Positions 26,099 to 36,931 of a DNA stretch of 49,555 nucleotides are shown here, piece after piece (the first letter of the stretch is position 1; each line of letters begins with the position of its first letter). The translations under genes and the position numbers were made by a program. This DNA comes from Bdellovibrionales bacterium (GTDB lineage Bacteria; Bdellovibrionota; Bdellovibrionia; Bdellovibrionales; UBA1609): NCBI GenBank assembly GCA_050246815.1, contig JBFWVI010000023.1, positions 1 through 49,555 on the forward strand. The letters are read 5' to 3'. Below the pieces are notes generated by a model. That model ran no database searches, was not told the DNA's origin, and saw only the letters and a program-made list of their open reading frames with translations.

Positions 26099-28480
26099 CT
26101 AAACGGCGTCATGTAAGGGGTCAAGTTTCTCGAGGAGCAGAGCGGCTGCAGCGAGTTGCATGCGGACGGTCTCGACAAATTCCTCGGGATTTAACTTCAT
26201 CAGTCGTGACAGGCGTAGGAATTCATCGCTTTGGACGTCTAGTTTAGAGCCGGAGTGGAATCCCGTGAGCTGTTGCAATTGCTCATATAGTCGCAATTGC
26301 AGATAGATCTTTTGCAACGCCGGCCCATGTTTATGCCAGGGTTCCAAGTTTTGGGCCAAAAATCCGATGGCGCCAAAGGTGTCGGCAGGAGCTTGGGCCA
26401 ACGCATTCAGCAAAATGGCGATCTGCGCAGTGAATTCGATTTCAACCAGTCCGCCGACTTGTGCCTTGAGGTCCAGGCATTGCTCGGAGGGGGCTGTTCG
26501 CAGCCGCTCGCGAATTGAACGCAGCTCTTTTTTTTCTTCCAAAGTGAAGGCGCGCGCGAACAAGGCCTGGCGTAGAGACAGAGAAAGTTCAGTGTCTTGA
26601 ACACGCGCCCTTAAATAAGATTGTCTTTCCCAGGCCGCCGCGCGCGTACTTAAGTATGACAAGAGATGTTCTTTTTGCAGCAGTAAGGGCCCGGCGTGGC
26701 CGGTGGGGCGTAAGCGCATGTCAATTGCATAAAGCCGCCCGCCACGATGATTCTCGGTTAAGCGAGTGATCAGGCGGCGGGCAACACGCTGATCGTTTTC
26801 ATTTGGTTTTTTTTCGGTCAGCAAAACAAAATCCAGGTCACTGCGCACGCCAAGTTCGCGTCCTCCCCATTTGCCCATGTGAATCAGGGTCATGGTTGTA
26901 GATTGGAATTCTTGTTCAAGACGCGACAAAATTTCCTGGCAAATGTAATCCGCCGTTTCACTTAAGTCCTGGCCAAAACGAATGGTGTCACGGCTGTTCA
27001 AAAATTGTCCGGCGGCCAAAAGTTCGCTTAACTGGCGGCGCTCAACAAGATCTTCCAGAAAAGTATCCCACGGCCCGCTGGCCGGTCTGGTTTTTTGCGA
27101 CAAAAAGGCATCCAGCAATTCAGGTCGAGCGGAAATCATTTGTCCCAAATAGGGAGAAACGGAAAACAGGTGGGCCAAATCGCGAATCAAGCGTGGCTCG
27201 CGCAGCAGCAAAGAAAAGAGCGTGGCTTTGGCGCGCACCGAACGAACAAAATCCAGCAGGGTTTTAAGCCCTAAATCCGCATCTAAGCTTTGGTCATGCA
27301 AAGCTTCAATGAATTGTCCCAAAAATTGTCGACGGGCCAGCTCATCCCGCTCAGTCTTGCCTGAAAGGGCCACAGTGCTTAAAAGCGCGGGCCACACTTC
27401 GCGGGCGGTCGCGGTGGAGACCCCGCGCTCGTTGAGCCAATTCACTTGCGCATCATCGCCATCAGGCCACGCGTTGGCATCAGTTTGCACCGATCCCAGC
27501 AGTGTCGACACCAACTGATCGACCTGTTGGCACAATTCAAAACAGGAATTTTTTTCGTCTTCACTTAGAGGTGCCGGGTGCAGCAAATCCAAAATGTGGG
27601 TTTGTCTGTCGTCGACGGCCTGTAAGGCGTTTTCCCACTGGCGGAGTTGCCAATAGGCCCGCAACAGAAACTGTGCATCCTTGGTGGGCAAAAGCTTGGC
27701 CTCTTGCAGGTTCTGTATGGCCAACGGTGTGGAGTGTGTGCGCAGCTCGGGCCTGCGCCCCGCATGAATAATCAAAAGTGAATGCACAAAAAGCTCAAGA
27801 TCACGAATCCCGCCTTGACCAAGTTTAAGGTGAAGCTGCTCGCTGGGCGTGGCATTGGCGGAATGAATGCGCCGGCGCAAGAGCTTGAGATCTTCCATCA
27901 CCGTGAAGTCTAAAAATTTGCGATAGCAAAAGGGAGTCAAGGACTCAAAAACCTCATCGGCGATGGCGCCTGAGCCGACTAAGTGGCGGGCGCGCACCCA
28001 CGCCAACCGCTCCCATGTTTCGCCCTGGTTCCAGTAGTAATCTCGCAATTGTCCGGGTGTGGTGATCACCGGTCCAAAGCGCCCGCCAGGGCGCAAATCA
28101 AAATCGACTCTCAGCAACCAACCGTCTGCCTGATGGTGTGACAGACGCCTTTGGAATTGGCGAAGTTTTGGCGCGGCAGAATCAAGGGTATTGGCTGCCG
28201 CCACCACGACCAGATCGACGTCCGAACTCAAATTTAGCTCTTGCGCGCCCAGCTTACCCAGGGCGAATAAGGCGACTTCGTCTTTGCCAAGACCGCATTC
28301 ATGCCAGACCTGAATCAAAATTTCATCTGCCGCATCCGACCAATGTCGCGTGACGGCCTCAGCCGACGCCGATTTCAACAGAGTAGCCAGTGCGGATTCA
28401 ACCCAGGCCTGATGGCGCCGGCGCAGGAGCGGGTCGGCCTCTTGCGACAGGTTCAGGTAGCGCAAAATGGCCGGGCTCAT
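26099..28480 (-). CDS. glnE: Glutamine synthetase adenylyltransferase GlnE (compact form, about 793 aa)
   Basis: Two nucleotidyltransferase domains: LGKLGAQELNLSSDVDL...RVDFDLRPGG...KLGQGGIRDLEL and MGKWGGRELGVRSDLDF...IDMRLRPTG...GGLVEIEF. Start set at ATG 28480 to avoid overlap with tolB. Confidence 0.88.
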   Translation of the reverse strand: MSPAILRYLNLSQEADPLLRRRHQAWVESALATLLKSASAEAVTRHWSDAADEILIQVWHECGLGKDEVALFALGKLGAQELNLSSDVDLVVVAAANTLDSAAPKLRQFQRRLSHHQADGWLLRVDFDLRPGGRFGPVITTPGQLRDYYWNQGETWERLAWVRARHLVGSGAIADEVFESLTPFCYRKFLDFTVMEDLKLLRRRIHSANATPSEQLHLKLGQGGIRDLELFVHSLLIIHAGRRPELRTHSTPLAIQNLQEAKLLPTKDAQFLLRAYWQLRQWENALQAVDDRQTHILDLLHPAPLSEDEKNSCFELCQQVDQLVSTLLGSVQTDANAWPDGDDAQVNWLNERGVSTATAREVWPALLSTVALSGKTERDELARRQFLGQFIEALHDQSLDADLGLKTLLDFVRSVRAKATLFSLLLREPRLIRDLAHLFSVSPYLGQMISARPELLDAFLSQKTRPASGPWDTFLEDLVERRQLSELLAAGQFLNSRDTIRFGQDLSETADYICQEILSRLEQEFQSTTMTLIHMGKWGGRELGVRSDLDFVLLTEKKPNENDQRVARRLITRLTENHRGGRLYAIDMRLRPTGHAGPLLLQKEHLLSYLSTRAAAWERQSYLRARVQDTELSLSLRQALFARAFTLEEKKELRSIRERLRTAPSEQCLDLKAQVGGLVEIEFTAQIAILLNALAQAPADTFGAIGFLAQNLEPWHKHGPALQKIYLQLRLYEQLQQLTGFHSGSKLDVQSDEFLRLSRLMKLNPEEFVETVRMQLAAAALLLEKLDPLHDAV

Positions 28481-28538
28481 TTGGCCGGCCCGTTCAAGCT
28501 CGGCGGATGTGTAAGACGAGATCGCGCGAATTTTCACT

Positions 28539-29942
28539 TTATTCCAGCAGACGAGACCACTTCGGCTGCTCCCAGTCGGAGCGGTCTGTGGTGATGCGTC
28601 GCTCGTTATTGCCCTCGGGATCAATGATGTAAATTTGCGTAGTGCCGGTGCGATTGCTGGTGAACACCACGTGGCGTCCATCCGGCGAAAAACTGGGATC
28701 GCGGTTGTCGGAAGGCTTGCCGTTGGTTTTATTGGCTTCGGTCAGGCGCTTAAGTCCAGTGCCGTCAATATTAACGGTGAAGATGTCAAAGTGGTCTTTG
28801 TCATAACCGGCAAAGGCCAGGGTCTTGCCGTCTGGCGACCAGCTGGGCGAAGAGTTGTAGCGGCCAGCGAATGTGAGGCGCTTGATGTTGCTGCCGTTGA
28901 TGTTCATCACGTAGATCATGGGTTGTCCGCTGCGGTCAGAAGAAAAGGCGATTTTACTGCCGTCGGGAGAAACCGCAGGTTCTACGTTCATCGAGCGATT
29001 GGGACCGTTGGTGATGCGGGTCATGGTTTTGCCGTCGGTGGTGACTTTGTAGATATCCGGTGTCCCCGCCTGTGAAAGCGTCATCAGCAAGTTTTCCCCA
29101 TCTGGGAAAAAGTTGGCGCCGGAGTTAATGCCCTTTCGGTAGGACACCAGCCAGCGTTTCGCTGAAGCCAGTTCATAGATGAACAAGTCGGCGTTTCGGC
29201 TTTTAATATTTTCGTGGTAGGCGAAGGCGGTGTAGGCGACGCGATCACCTTTAGGCGACCATGCAGGTGAAATCGCGATGGATTTGTGGTTGCTGATTTT
29301 GGTGATGTTCGCTCCATCCCAATCCATCACATAAACTTCTTTGGCCGCTTTGATATTTTCGCGCATGACCGCCGTGAATTTGGTCAAAAATATGCCTGGC
29401 TTGCTAGTTAAGGCCTTCACCAGGTCGTTGGCGAAAGTGTGGGCCATCACTCTGGTTTTATTGGTGCCACCTTCGTAGGTTTTGCCAAAGATCAACTTGG
29501 CCTGGGCCACATGGTACACGTAAATTTCAAGTGACAGAGTTTCGCCCTTGACGCGATAACCGCCGCGGATCAAAAATTCCGCGCCAATCGTGCTCCAATT
29601 TTTAAAGTTAAAACCGCCAGCATCACCAGGAGCGGGTTTCAGTGTCGTTTTTGCGGGGTCTTCTAAGAACGCTTCTTGCTTAATAAAGGTGAAATAATTT
29701 GAAACTGTAAGGTCATTGAATATCACTTTGAAAAGATCTTGACCGATATCAATATTCTTGCGGTTTTTTGAGTCACTGCCGAAATAGGTCAAGGGCGGAA
29801 GTGCGATCAAACTTTTTTTAACCGTCGCCTGGCCCACGTCGATGTAAATTTGTCCGCTTTGCGCCCACGACGGGGAGGTGTTGAACTGAGCAAAACACAA
29901 AAAAGCGCACATCATGAAAAAGAAAAAGAAGCGCAATTTCAC
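28539..29942 (-). CDS. tolB: Tol-Pal beta-propeller protein TolB
   Basis: Signal peptide, TolB N-domain, PD40 repeats (SPAWSPKG, PAVSPDG, SPSWSPDG, PSFSPDG). Downstream of tolQRA. Confidence 0.93.
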   Translation of the reverse strand: MKLRFFFFFMMCAFLCFAQFNTSPSWAQSGQIYIDVGQATVKKSLIALPPLTYFGSDSKNRKNIDIGQDLFKVIFNDLTVSNYFTFIKQEAFLEDPAKTTLKPAPGDAGGFNFKNWSTIGAEFLIRGGYRVKGETLSLEIYVYHVAQAKLIFGKTYEGGTNKTRVMAHTFANDLVKALTSKPGIFLTKFTAVMRENIKAAKEVYVMDWDGANITKISNHKSIAISPAWSPKGDRVAYTAFAYHENIKSRNADLFIYELASAKRWLVSYRKGINSGANFFPDGENLLMTLSQAGTPDIYKVTTDGKTMTRITNGPNRSMNVEPAVSPDGSKIAFSSDRSGQPMIYVMNINGSNIKRLTFAGRYNSSPSWSPDGKTLAFAGYDKDHFDIFTVNIDGTGLKRLTEANKTNGKPSDNRDPSFSPDGRHVVFTSNRTGTTQIYIIDPEGNNERRITTDRSDWEQPKWSRLLE

Positions 29943-29953
29943 AGCGAACCCCC

Positions 29954-30712
29954 TCAGTCCGGAAAATTAAATACAATGCCTCTCAAGGCTAACACATCTT
30001 TCAGCCGAGCGGGAGGCTCGGGAAACGGCGCCGCACCGTCAATGGCAGCCAAAACCTGACCATCAAAAACATCGTTTCCAGAAGACGTTAAAATTTGTCG
30101 TTTTACGACAGCGCCGCTGTTGTCGATCAAGACCATGGCCTGGGCGCGAAGCTTGGCCTCCACAAGCCACCCCGGCAGATTCCAGTGCTGCTTGATTTTT
30201 TTCTCAAGGTCGCCAAAGTAACGATCGAACTCGATTTTTTCTAAACCAGTTAAGCCATCGCCCTGATTGACGGCATTGCCCTTGAAGCTGGGGGGCTTGG
30301 GTTTTGGTTTGCTGTTTTCTTCAATTTCATTTTTCATGCGTTCGATCGCGCTTTGGGCCTTTAACTGCTCAAGCGCTTTTTTTTGCGTTTCTTGCAATTT
30401 TTTAAGCTCAGCTTTTTTATCGTGGACCTTTTCAACTTTTTTCGGCGCCACAGGGGACGGTTTCACCGGCTCGGTTTTGGCAACAGGCACAGGTTCGGGC
30501 TTGGCGGGCGCTTCGGCCGGCGCAGGCGTTGCAACTTTGTCGGGCAGTGCGACCATGTCGACGCGAATGGAATTTCGAATCAGCAATTCATCACTGGGGA
30601 CCCACGCTGCTCGAACAACAAACAGCGCGATGACCAAAGCGTGAAGCCCCAGCGATGTGGCGACCAACTTTGGGAAAGTGTCGATGTAAGGGGACTCACG
30701 TAGGGCGTTCAC
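29954..30712 (-). CDS. tolA: TolA/TonB-family protein
   Basis: TM with SLGLH motif, Pro/Lys-rich linker, and C-domain IKQHWNLP...SSGNDVFD...AAPFPEPP. Confidence 0.85.
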   Translation of the reverse strand: MNALRESPYIDTFPKLVATSLGLHALVIALFVVRAAWVPSDELLIRNSIRVDMVALPDKVATPAPAEAPAKPEPVPVAKTEPVKPSPVAPKKVEKVHDKKAELKKLQETQKKALEQLKAQSAIERMKNEIEENSKPKPKPPSFKGNAVNQGDGLTGLEKIEFDRYFGDLEKKIKQHWNLPGWLVEAKLRAQAMVLIDNSGAVVKRQILTSSGNDVFDGQVLAAIDGAAPFPEPPARLKDVLALRGIVFNFPD

Positions 30713-31131
30713 GGCGTCGGCTTGGGCAGAGTGATCAGGCCAATCTGCGAAATTCCCGCGGCGCGGATTTCGCCCATGGTTTCGGCGACGAAGCCGTACT
30801 CCACTTGTTTGTCAGCCTGCAGATAGATTTGTTTGTTTTTGCGCGTTTCAAAAATTGCCTTCAAGCGCACACTCAAAGTGGTGATGGGCAGCTTTGCGTC
30901 GCCGGCATAGATCTCGCGATTTTTTCGAATCACCAAAATAAAGGGCTCGTCGTTGGTGGCGACCCCGGTGCTGGCGGTTTCGGGCAGGTCAACATCCAGC
31001 CCTTGCTGCATCATCGGAGCGGTCACCATGAAGATAATCAAAAGCACCAGCATCACGTCGACAAAGGGAGTCACATTGATTTCGCTTAAAACCGCACGAG
31101 AGCCTCGTGACGAAGAAGTGCCCATGCCCAT
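30709..31131 (-). CDS. tolR: TolR
   Basis: SEINVTPFVDVMLVLLIIFMVTAP and ADKQVEYG. Confidence 0.93.
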   Translation of the reverse strand: MGMGTSSSRGSRAVLSEINVTPFVDVMLVLLIIFMVTAPMMQQGLDVDLPETASTGVATNDEPFILVIRKNREIYAGDAKLPITTLSVRLKAIFETRKNKQIYLQADKQVEYGFVAETMGEIRAAGISQIGLITLPKPTP

Positions 31132-31133
31132 CG

Positions 31134-31871
31134 CTATTCGCCCCGGAAAAAGTTGCGTTTGGCGATATTCAAAAAGTCAGCGGCGAAATTGTTCAGCTGA
31201 AGTTCCTGTTTTTTGATTTCTGTGATGAAGTAATTGTAGGCCACAGTGGCCGGAATCGCCGCCAACAAGCCAATCGCCGTTGCGATCAAGGCTTCAGAAA
31301 TACCGGGAGCGACCACCGCTAGTGAGGCCATGCCTGTGGCACCGATTTTTTGAAACGAACCCATGATGCCCCAAACGGTTCCGAACAGGCCGATAAAGGG
31401 GCCCGTGCTGCCGGTGGTGGCCAAAATTGTCAGGCGGTTTTCTAGCAAGCTCATTTCGCTGTCGGTCGCCTTATTTAAGGCGCGCTGTAAATTGTCGATG
31501 CCGGTCAGAAGCGGCGGATGTTTATCGTCTCGTTTTTCGGCCAAATTTGAATCGGCGATTTTACGAAGCTCCAAATAGCCCGCGCGAAACACATTGGCCA
31601 TGCTCGAGTCGGGATGATTTTTCAGGTTTTCAAAAATATCGTCAAGCGAATTGGCCTTCCAGAAAGCGTCTTCGAAGGGGCGATTAGCGTTGCCCATGGC
31701 CCGCATCTGCCGGCGCTTGCCGAGGATGATCGCCCAGCACACCACAGACATAGCGGCAAGCGAGATTAAGACCAGTTGCACCACCAGATTCGCGCTGGTG
31801 ATGGCGTGCCAAGCTCCGGTGTTGACGGCGACGGCGACTTCATTGTTGGTTGCGGCCCAAGCTGTACTCAT
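31134..31871 (-). CDS. tolQ: TolQ
   Basis: LATTGSTGPFIGLFGTVWGIM and VAPGISEALIATAIGLLAAIPA. Confidence 0.93.
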   Translation of the reverse strand: MSTAWAATNNEVAVAVNTGAWHAITSANLVVQLVLISLAAMSVVCWAIILGKRRQMRAMGNANRPFEDAFWKANSLDDIFENLKNHPDSSMANVFRAGYLELRKIADSNLAEKRDDKHPPLLTGIDNLQRALNKATDSEMSLLENRLTILATTGSTGPFIGLFGTVWGIMGSFQKIGATGMASLAVVAPGISEALIATAIGLLAAIPATVAYNYFITEIKKQELQLNNFAADFLNIAKRNFFRGE

Positions 31872-31895
31872 CCAAAAAGGGTAATGAGTTTTGGC

Positions 31896-32768
31896 TTAGC
31901 GATCAACCTTCATAAGCTGCAAAACGGCCTTGGGGCGATTGGTCATGACGCCAAGTAGGTGTGGATCGTTGATTTGAATCTGCTGCAGCTCTTCGGTAGA
32001 AGAAACCCACTGCAACTGGCCGATGCGACGGCGGTCGAGTTCTTCTTCGAGGCGTGCGTTTTTTTGTGGCGCCGAGTTAAACCAGCCTTTAGGCAACCAT
32101 TCAAAATCTTCAGAGGCCAGGGGGTCCAGCCAAAGCGCGGAAAACAAGCGCCACTGGGTCAGCATGACGGCGTCGGCACCAAAGTACCAATAGGGGCGCA
32201 GTTTTCTGAGCTCGCGGTTCATGCGATGAGCGGGCGCATAGATCAGGGTGACCTGCGGCTCATCGCGATCGCCCAAAATTTCCATTAAGGATTTGGCGCC
32301 AGCAACTTCGCGGTTGTGCACCACAAGCAGTAGTTTTGGCAAATTTCGCGTTCGCAAAAAATCACTTAAGCGTAGTAGGCCTTGTTTGCTGTCTTTGAAT
32401 TTCAACTGTTGCAGCGCAGACCACGCCTGCGACTCCACGCGTCCTTCACCCGTGGTCCAATCGGACAAATCACCCGCACCATACAAAACCCACTGACGAT
32501 CTTGACTGACCCGCACTTCAAGCGCGGGAACGACGGGTTCACCCAAAGCCAGAATCGAATCGTAACTTGCCTGTGAGTAAGCGGGCGCGCTCTCCACATC
32601 CGCATAGGCAAAAATAAGGGGGCCAGAGGTCGCACGACCAGGAATTTCGATATATCGGGGGGGCTGGTGAAGGGCGGTCATGCGCAGTATAAATACGGCA
32701 ACAGAAAGCGTAAATAGACAAGCTAGAGTAATTCCAAGGAGTCTAAAAATGGCGTTTTGTGATTCCAT
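31896..32768 (-). CDS. Membrane-anchored glycerophosphodiester phosphodiesterase-like protein, apparently catalytically degenerate
   Basis: N-terminal TM. LEVRVSQDRQWVLY resembles the GDPD ELDVxxTxDGxxVxxHD motif; C-terminal GVMTNRP resembles GDPD GIITDxP. Confidence 0.55.
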   Translation of the reverse strand: MESQNAIFRLLGITLACLFTLSVAVFILRMTALHQPPRYIEIPGRATSGPLIFAYADVESAPAYSQASYDSILALGEPVVPALEVRVSQDRQWVLYGAGDLSDWTTGEGRVESQAWSALQQLKFKDSKQGLLRLSDFLRTRNLPKLLLVVHNREVAGAKSLMEILGDRDEPQVTLIYAPAHRMNRELRKLRPYWYFGADAVMLTQWRLFSALWLDPLASEDFEWLPKGWFNSAPQKNARLEEELDRRRIGQLQWVSSTEELQQIQINDPHLLGVMTNRPKAVLQLMKVDR

Positions 32769-32951
32769 AAGTACCCAATAAGAGGGGAAGTTTTTATAAA
32801 TTAGGCGACTCTGCGCGTTGCCGGTTTAAATAAGTCTTTTTTGTCCTTAATTATCTAGTTTTCGATTGATTTTCAATAGGCTCGGGATCATAAACAATGC
32901 TCTAAATCGGCCAGAAAATGCCGCATTTGCTAGAGCTTGTCAAAGGACGCC

Positions 32952-33404
32952 ATGACTCGAATGAACCGCAAATTGGAATATGCCCTGATGGCTTTAAAGC
33001 ACATGAGCCTCAAGGTTCCAGGGCAGCTGACCACAGCCAAAGAGGTGGTCTCTGTCACCGGGGTTCCGTTTGATGCCACCGCGCGGGTGTTGCAGCAAAT
33101 GGCACAGCAGGGGCTTTTGCGTGCCGAGCACGGCGCTCACGGTGGTTACAGCATCGTCAAAGATTTGAGCAAGATCAGTTTGTTTGAACTTCAAGAGATG
33201 ATTTTGGGTCCTTTGGAGCTGGTGAAGTGTCTGCAAGGCGAACCCGAATGCGAGTTGGTTGACCGCTGCAATATCCAATCCCCCCTCGCGGCACTCAACC
33301 GTCGCCTGAGTGAATTTTATCGCAGTGTTACTTTGGCCGAACTTTTGAAAATCAAAGAGGGCAAACGCGTTTCTGAGGCCGTGGTGGAGACTCAGTTCCT
33401 ATGA
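32952..33404 (+). CDS. Rrf2-family (IscR-like) regulator of the suf operon
   Basis: Winged HTH with GAHGGY and three Cys (C-x6-C-x5-C). First gene of the suf operon. Confidence 0.9.
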   Translation: MTRMNRKLEYALMALKHMSLKVPGQLTTAKEVVSVTGVPFDATARVLQQMAQQGLLRAEHGAHGGYSIVKDLSKISLFELQEMILGPLELVKCLQGEPECELVDRCNIQSPLAALNRRLSEFYRSVTLAELLKIKEGKRVSEAVVETQFL

Positions 33405-34837
33405 AGTTGGGTAGCGGCGACTATCAACAAGAGTACAAGTATGGCTTTGAAAGCCAAATCGAAGCGGATGTGGCCCCCAAGGGTTTATCCGAAGACATCG
33501 TGCGATTTATTTCAACCAAAAAACAAGAACCTGAATGGTTATTGAATTATCGCCTGAAGGCCTTTCGCCACTGGCTGACGATGACCGAACCCCATTGGGC
33601 CGAGTTGCAATACGCGCCGATCAATTATCAAGATTTGCATTATTACTCTGCCCCCAAAACCATGGCCGAGAAACCTAAAAATTTGGATGATCTGGACCCC
33701 GAGCTGCTAAAAACGTTTGAGCGATTGGGTATCCCGCTTTCAGAACAAAAGCGCATCTCAGGGGTGGCCGTGGACGCGGTTTTTGACAGCGTATCACTGG
33801 GCACGACCCACAAAGAAACGCTTGAACGTCATGGGGTGATTTTTTGTTCGATTTCTGAAGCCGTGAAAACGCATCCTGAGTTGGTCAAAAAATATCTGGG
33901 CTCGGTGGTTCCGCACGTGGACAACTTTTTTGCGGCCCTGAATGCGGCGGTGTTCAGTGATGGTTCTTTTGTCTATGTGCCCAAGGGCGTGCACTGTCCG
34001 TTGGACCTTTCGACCTACTTTCGTATCAATGCCAAAGAAACGGGGCAGTTTGAACGCACGCTGGTGATCGCGGATGAGGGCAGCTACGTGAACTACCTTG
34101 AGGGCTGCACCGCGCCTATGCGCGATGAGAATCAACTGCATGCCGCGGTGGTGGAACTGGTGACCTTGGACAACGCCGAAATTAAATATTCAACCGTGCA
34201 AAACTGGTATGCGGGCGACCGCGAAGGGCGAGGCGGCATTTACAACTTCGTCACCAAGCGTGGCAAATGTTTGGGAAAAAATTCGAAAATTTCTTGGACT
34301 CAAGTCGAAGCGGGTTCTGCCATCACTTGGAAGTACCCTAGCTGCGTGTTGCAGGGCGAGGGTTCCAGCGGCGCGTTTTACTCTGTGGCGCTGACCCATG
34401 ATCGGATGCAAGCCGACACCGGAACCAAGATGATTCACGTCGGTAAAAATACCAGAAGCACAATTTTGTCCAAAGGGATCTCCACCGGCAAATCCGTCAA
34501 TAGTTATCGCGGTCAAGTGCGCATTCAGTCCACCGCAACGGGGGCACGCAATTATTCGCAATGTGATTCTATGCTGGTTGGGGATCGTTCGGGTGCCAAC
34601 ACCTTGCCGTATATCGAAGTCAAAAACCGAACGGCCGTGGTTGAACACGAGGCCTCTACGTCTCGCATCAGCGAAGACCAACTATTTTATTTGCAGTCAA
34701 GGGGCTTGAGCAAAGAAGAAGCGATTTCGATGTTGGTAAATGGCTTTTGCAAAGATGTCTTCAAGCAATTGCCTCTTGAATTTTCGGTCGAAGCCGTGAA
34801 GTTGATTGAAATGAAACTTGAAAATAGCATTGGTTAA
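33401..34837 (+). CDS. sufB: Fe-S cluster assembly protein SufB
   Basis: [49 protein letters not shown]. Confidence 0.97.
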   Translation: MKLGSGDYQQEYKYGFESQIEADVAPKGLSEDIVRFISTKKQEPEWLLNYRLKAFRHWLTMTEPHWAELQYAPINYQDLHYYSAPKTMAEKPKNLDDLDPELLKTFERLGIPLSEQKRISGVAVDAVFDSVSLGTTHKETLERHGVIFCSISEAVKTHPELVKKYLGSVVPHVDNFFAALNAAVFSDGSFVYVPKGVHCPLDLSTYFRINAKETGQFERTLVIADEGSYVNYLEGCTAPMRDENQLHAAVVELVTLDNAEIKYSTVQNWYAGDREGRGGIYNFVTKRGKCLGKNSKISWTQVEAGSAITWKYPSCVLQGEGSSGAFYSVALTHDRMQADTGTKMIHVGKNTRSTILSKGISTGKSVNSYRGQVRIQSTATGARNYSQCDSMLVGDRSGANTLPYIEVKNRTAVVEHEASTSRISEDQLFYLQSRGLSKEEAISMLVNGFCKDVFKQLPLEFSVEAVKLIEMKLENSIG

Positions 34838-34851
34838 GGGCGGGTCTTGGT

Positions 34852-35616
34852 ATGTTGAGTATTAAAAATTTATACGCGAATATTGACGGCAAGGCGGTCT
34901 TAAAAGGCCTCAACCTCAACATCAAGGCCGGCGAAGTGCATGCCGTGATGGGCCCCAATGGCTCGGGCAAAAGCACTTTGTCTAAGGTGATTGCGGGGCA
35001 TCCCGCCTATGAAGTGGTGCAAGGCGAAATTCTATACGATGTGAATTTTGCACCCCGCAATTTACTTGAAATGGCGCCCGATGAGCGTGCCCGAGAAGGT
35101 GTGTTCCTGGCATTTCAGTATCCGATCGAAGTGCCGGGCGTTTCGAACCTGACGTTTTTAAAAACAGCCTTCAATGCTATTTGCAAGCATCAAGGTGTTG
35201 CGGAAATGGCCGACCCTGAATTCAATCAACTTTTGCGCGAGCGCGCGCGTTTGGTTGAACTGGACCCAAGCTTCTTGGAGCGCAATGTGAACGAAGGCTT
35301 TTCGGGCGGTGAAAAGAAGCGCAATGAAATTTTGCAGATGGCAGTCTTAAATCCTCGTTTGGCGGTTTTGGATGAAACTGATTCGGGTCTGGACATCGAT
35401 TCTTTGAAGATCGTGGCCAAGGGAGTGAACTCGTTGCGCAGCAAAGAAAACGCGATGCTGGTGATCACTCACTATCAGAGATTACTGGATCACATTATAC
35501 CGGATTTTGTTCATGTGTTGATCGATGGGCAAATCGTCAAAAGCGGTGATCGCAGCTTGGCCTTGCGCTTAGAAAAAGAAGGCTATGACTGGTTGACCAG
35601 CAAGCAGGTGCACTGA
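34852..35616 (+). CDS. sufC: Fe-S cluster assembly ATPase SufC
   Basis: [46 protein letters not shown]. Confidence 0.97.
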   Translation: MLSIKNLYANIDGKAVLKGLNLNIKAGEVHAVMGPNGSGKSTLSKVIAGHPAYEVVQGEILYDVNFAPRNLLEMAPDERAREGVFLAFQYPIEVPGVSNLTFLKTAFNAICKHQGVAEMADPEFNQLLRERARLVELDPSFLERNVNEGFSGGEKKRNEILQMAVLNPRLAVLDETDSGLDIDSLKIVAKGVNSLRSKENAMLVITHYQRLLDHIIPDFVHVLIDGQIVKSGDRSLALRLEKEGYDWLTSKQVH

Positions 35617-35617
35617 G

Positions 35618-36931
35618 GTGACAAATTTTTTTGCACAAATTAAACCGGAACTGTGGCATGAGGCCCATACCTCTGCTGGCCTGAAATTGATCCGCGATAC
35701 CGCCTGGCGTGGTTTTTTGGACCGCGGTTTGCCCTCTTCACGAGATGAGGCTTGGCATTACACAGACTTGAACAAATTCTTAAAGCAGACTCCAGTGCCG
35801 ACGGTGGCAACAGGGACGGCCCCTCAAGCCGGTGCGCCACTGGCGGCATGGTCAGGTCATGTGGCCGTGTTTTTGGATGGATGCTTTTTGCATGAGCAAT
35901 CCCGCCTGCCGAATGGTGTGAACATTTTAAGCTTGGACCAAGCCTTAAGCCACGGCTTTCATGATTTTTCAGCTGAAGAGCTGATCGAGCACATTCGCGA
36001 TCGCGCCGATCGAGCCAGTGAAGAGCATGGCGGCTTGATTGATTTGCAGCAAGCCTTGATGAACAGAGGTGTGGTTTTGCACGTGGCGGATTCGGTTCAA
36101 GCCGGAACTTTGAAGTTGCAGCTGCAGTGGTCGACACCCGCTCAAGCCACGCTAGGGGTCAGTACACACTTTATGTGGCTGGGTGCCAATTCAAGTTTGA
36201 CTCTGATTGAAGAAAGTTTGAATCCCGCCAACCTAACCACGACACTGTGGACGCATGTGGATTTGGCTCAAAGCGCTCGACTGGAATATATTCGTCTACA
36301 GCAAAATCAGCCGGCGGCCATTTCTTTGGGACTTTTTTCAACTCGCCAGCAACTGCAGAGTGAGCTTTCGGCCGTGTGCCTGCTTGTTGGCGGGCATTTG
36401 GCCAGAGAAACATGGCTTGTGGATCACTCCGGCGAGACGGCCAGCACAAAAGTGAGTGCCTTGCTTTTGGGCTCAGCCGAGACCCAGTTGGACTTGCGTA
36501 CGGTTTTGAATCACGAATTTGTGGGGGGCCAAAGTGAACAGCGCGTGCGTCTTTTGGCGGCCGATCAGTCTCGAGCGATCTTCAATGGTAAAGTCGTGAT
36601 CGCCAAAGACGCGCAAACAGTGAACACCAGCCAACTGACGCGGGGGCTGCTGTTGAGTGAAAAAGCCGAGATTGATGCCAAACCCCAATTGGAAATTTAT
36701 GCGGACAACGTCAAGGCCAGTCATGGCGCCAGCGTCGGTCAGATGGACGAAGAGGAATTATTTTATTTGCGCAGTCGGGGCCTGACTCGCCCACAGGCCG
36801 AGCATCTTTTGGGTGAGGGCTTCGCTCGCGAGGCAGTTTCGCAAATCACGGATTCTGGACTTCGCGCAACGCTTGAAAACTGGCTTTCGGGCCAAATGCA
36901 CAATTTGATTCAGCCCGGAGAGCTCCTGTGA
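35618..36931 (+). CDS. sufD: Fe-S cluster assembly protein SufD
   Basis: EAWHYTD, FNGKVVI, KPQLEIYADNVKASHGASVG, LFYLRSRG. Confidence 0.93.
   Translation: MTNFFAQIKPELWHEAHTSAGLKLIRDTAWRGFLDRGLPSSRDEAWHYTDLNKFLKQTPVPTVATGTAPQAGAPLAAWSGHVAVFLDGCFLHEQSRLPNGVNILSLDQALSHGFHDFSAEELIEHIRDRADRASEEHGGLIDLQQALMNRGVVLHVADSVQAGTLKLQLQWSTPAQATLGVSTHFMWLGANSSLTLIEESLNPANLTTTLWTHVDLAQSARLEYIRLQQNQPAAISLGLFSTRQQLQSELSAVCLLVGGHLARETWLVDHSGETASTKVSALLLGSAETQLDLRTVLNHEFVGGQSEQRVRLLAADQSRAIFNGKVVIAKDAQTVNTSQLTRGLLLSEKAEIDAKPQLEIYADNVKASHGASVGQMDEEELFYLRSRGLTRPQAEHLLGEGFAREAVSQITDSGLRATLENWLSGQMHNLIQPGELL

Noticed and set aside
28481..28681. N-terminal extension of glnE in the ORF track
   Set aside because: Overlaps the tolB 3' end by about 140 nt and has no GlnE-like sequence.
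32830..32851. Possible Rrf2 operator ATAAGTCTTTTTTGTCCTTAAT upstream of suf
   Set aside because: Symmetry is too imperfect to call without a comparative alignment.
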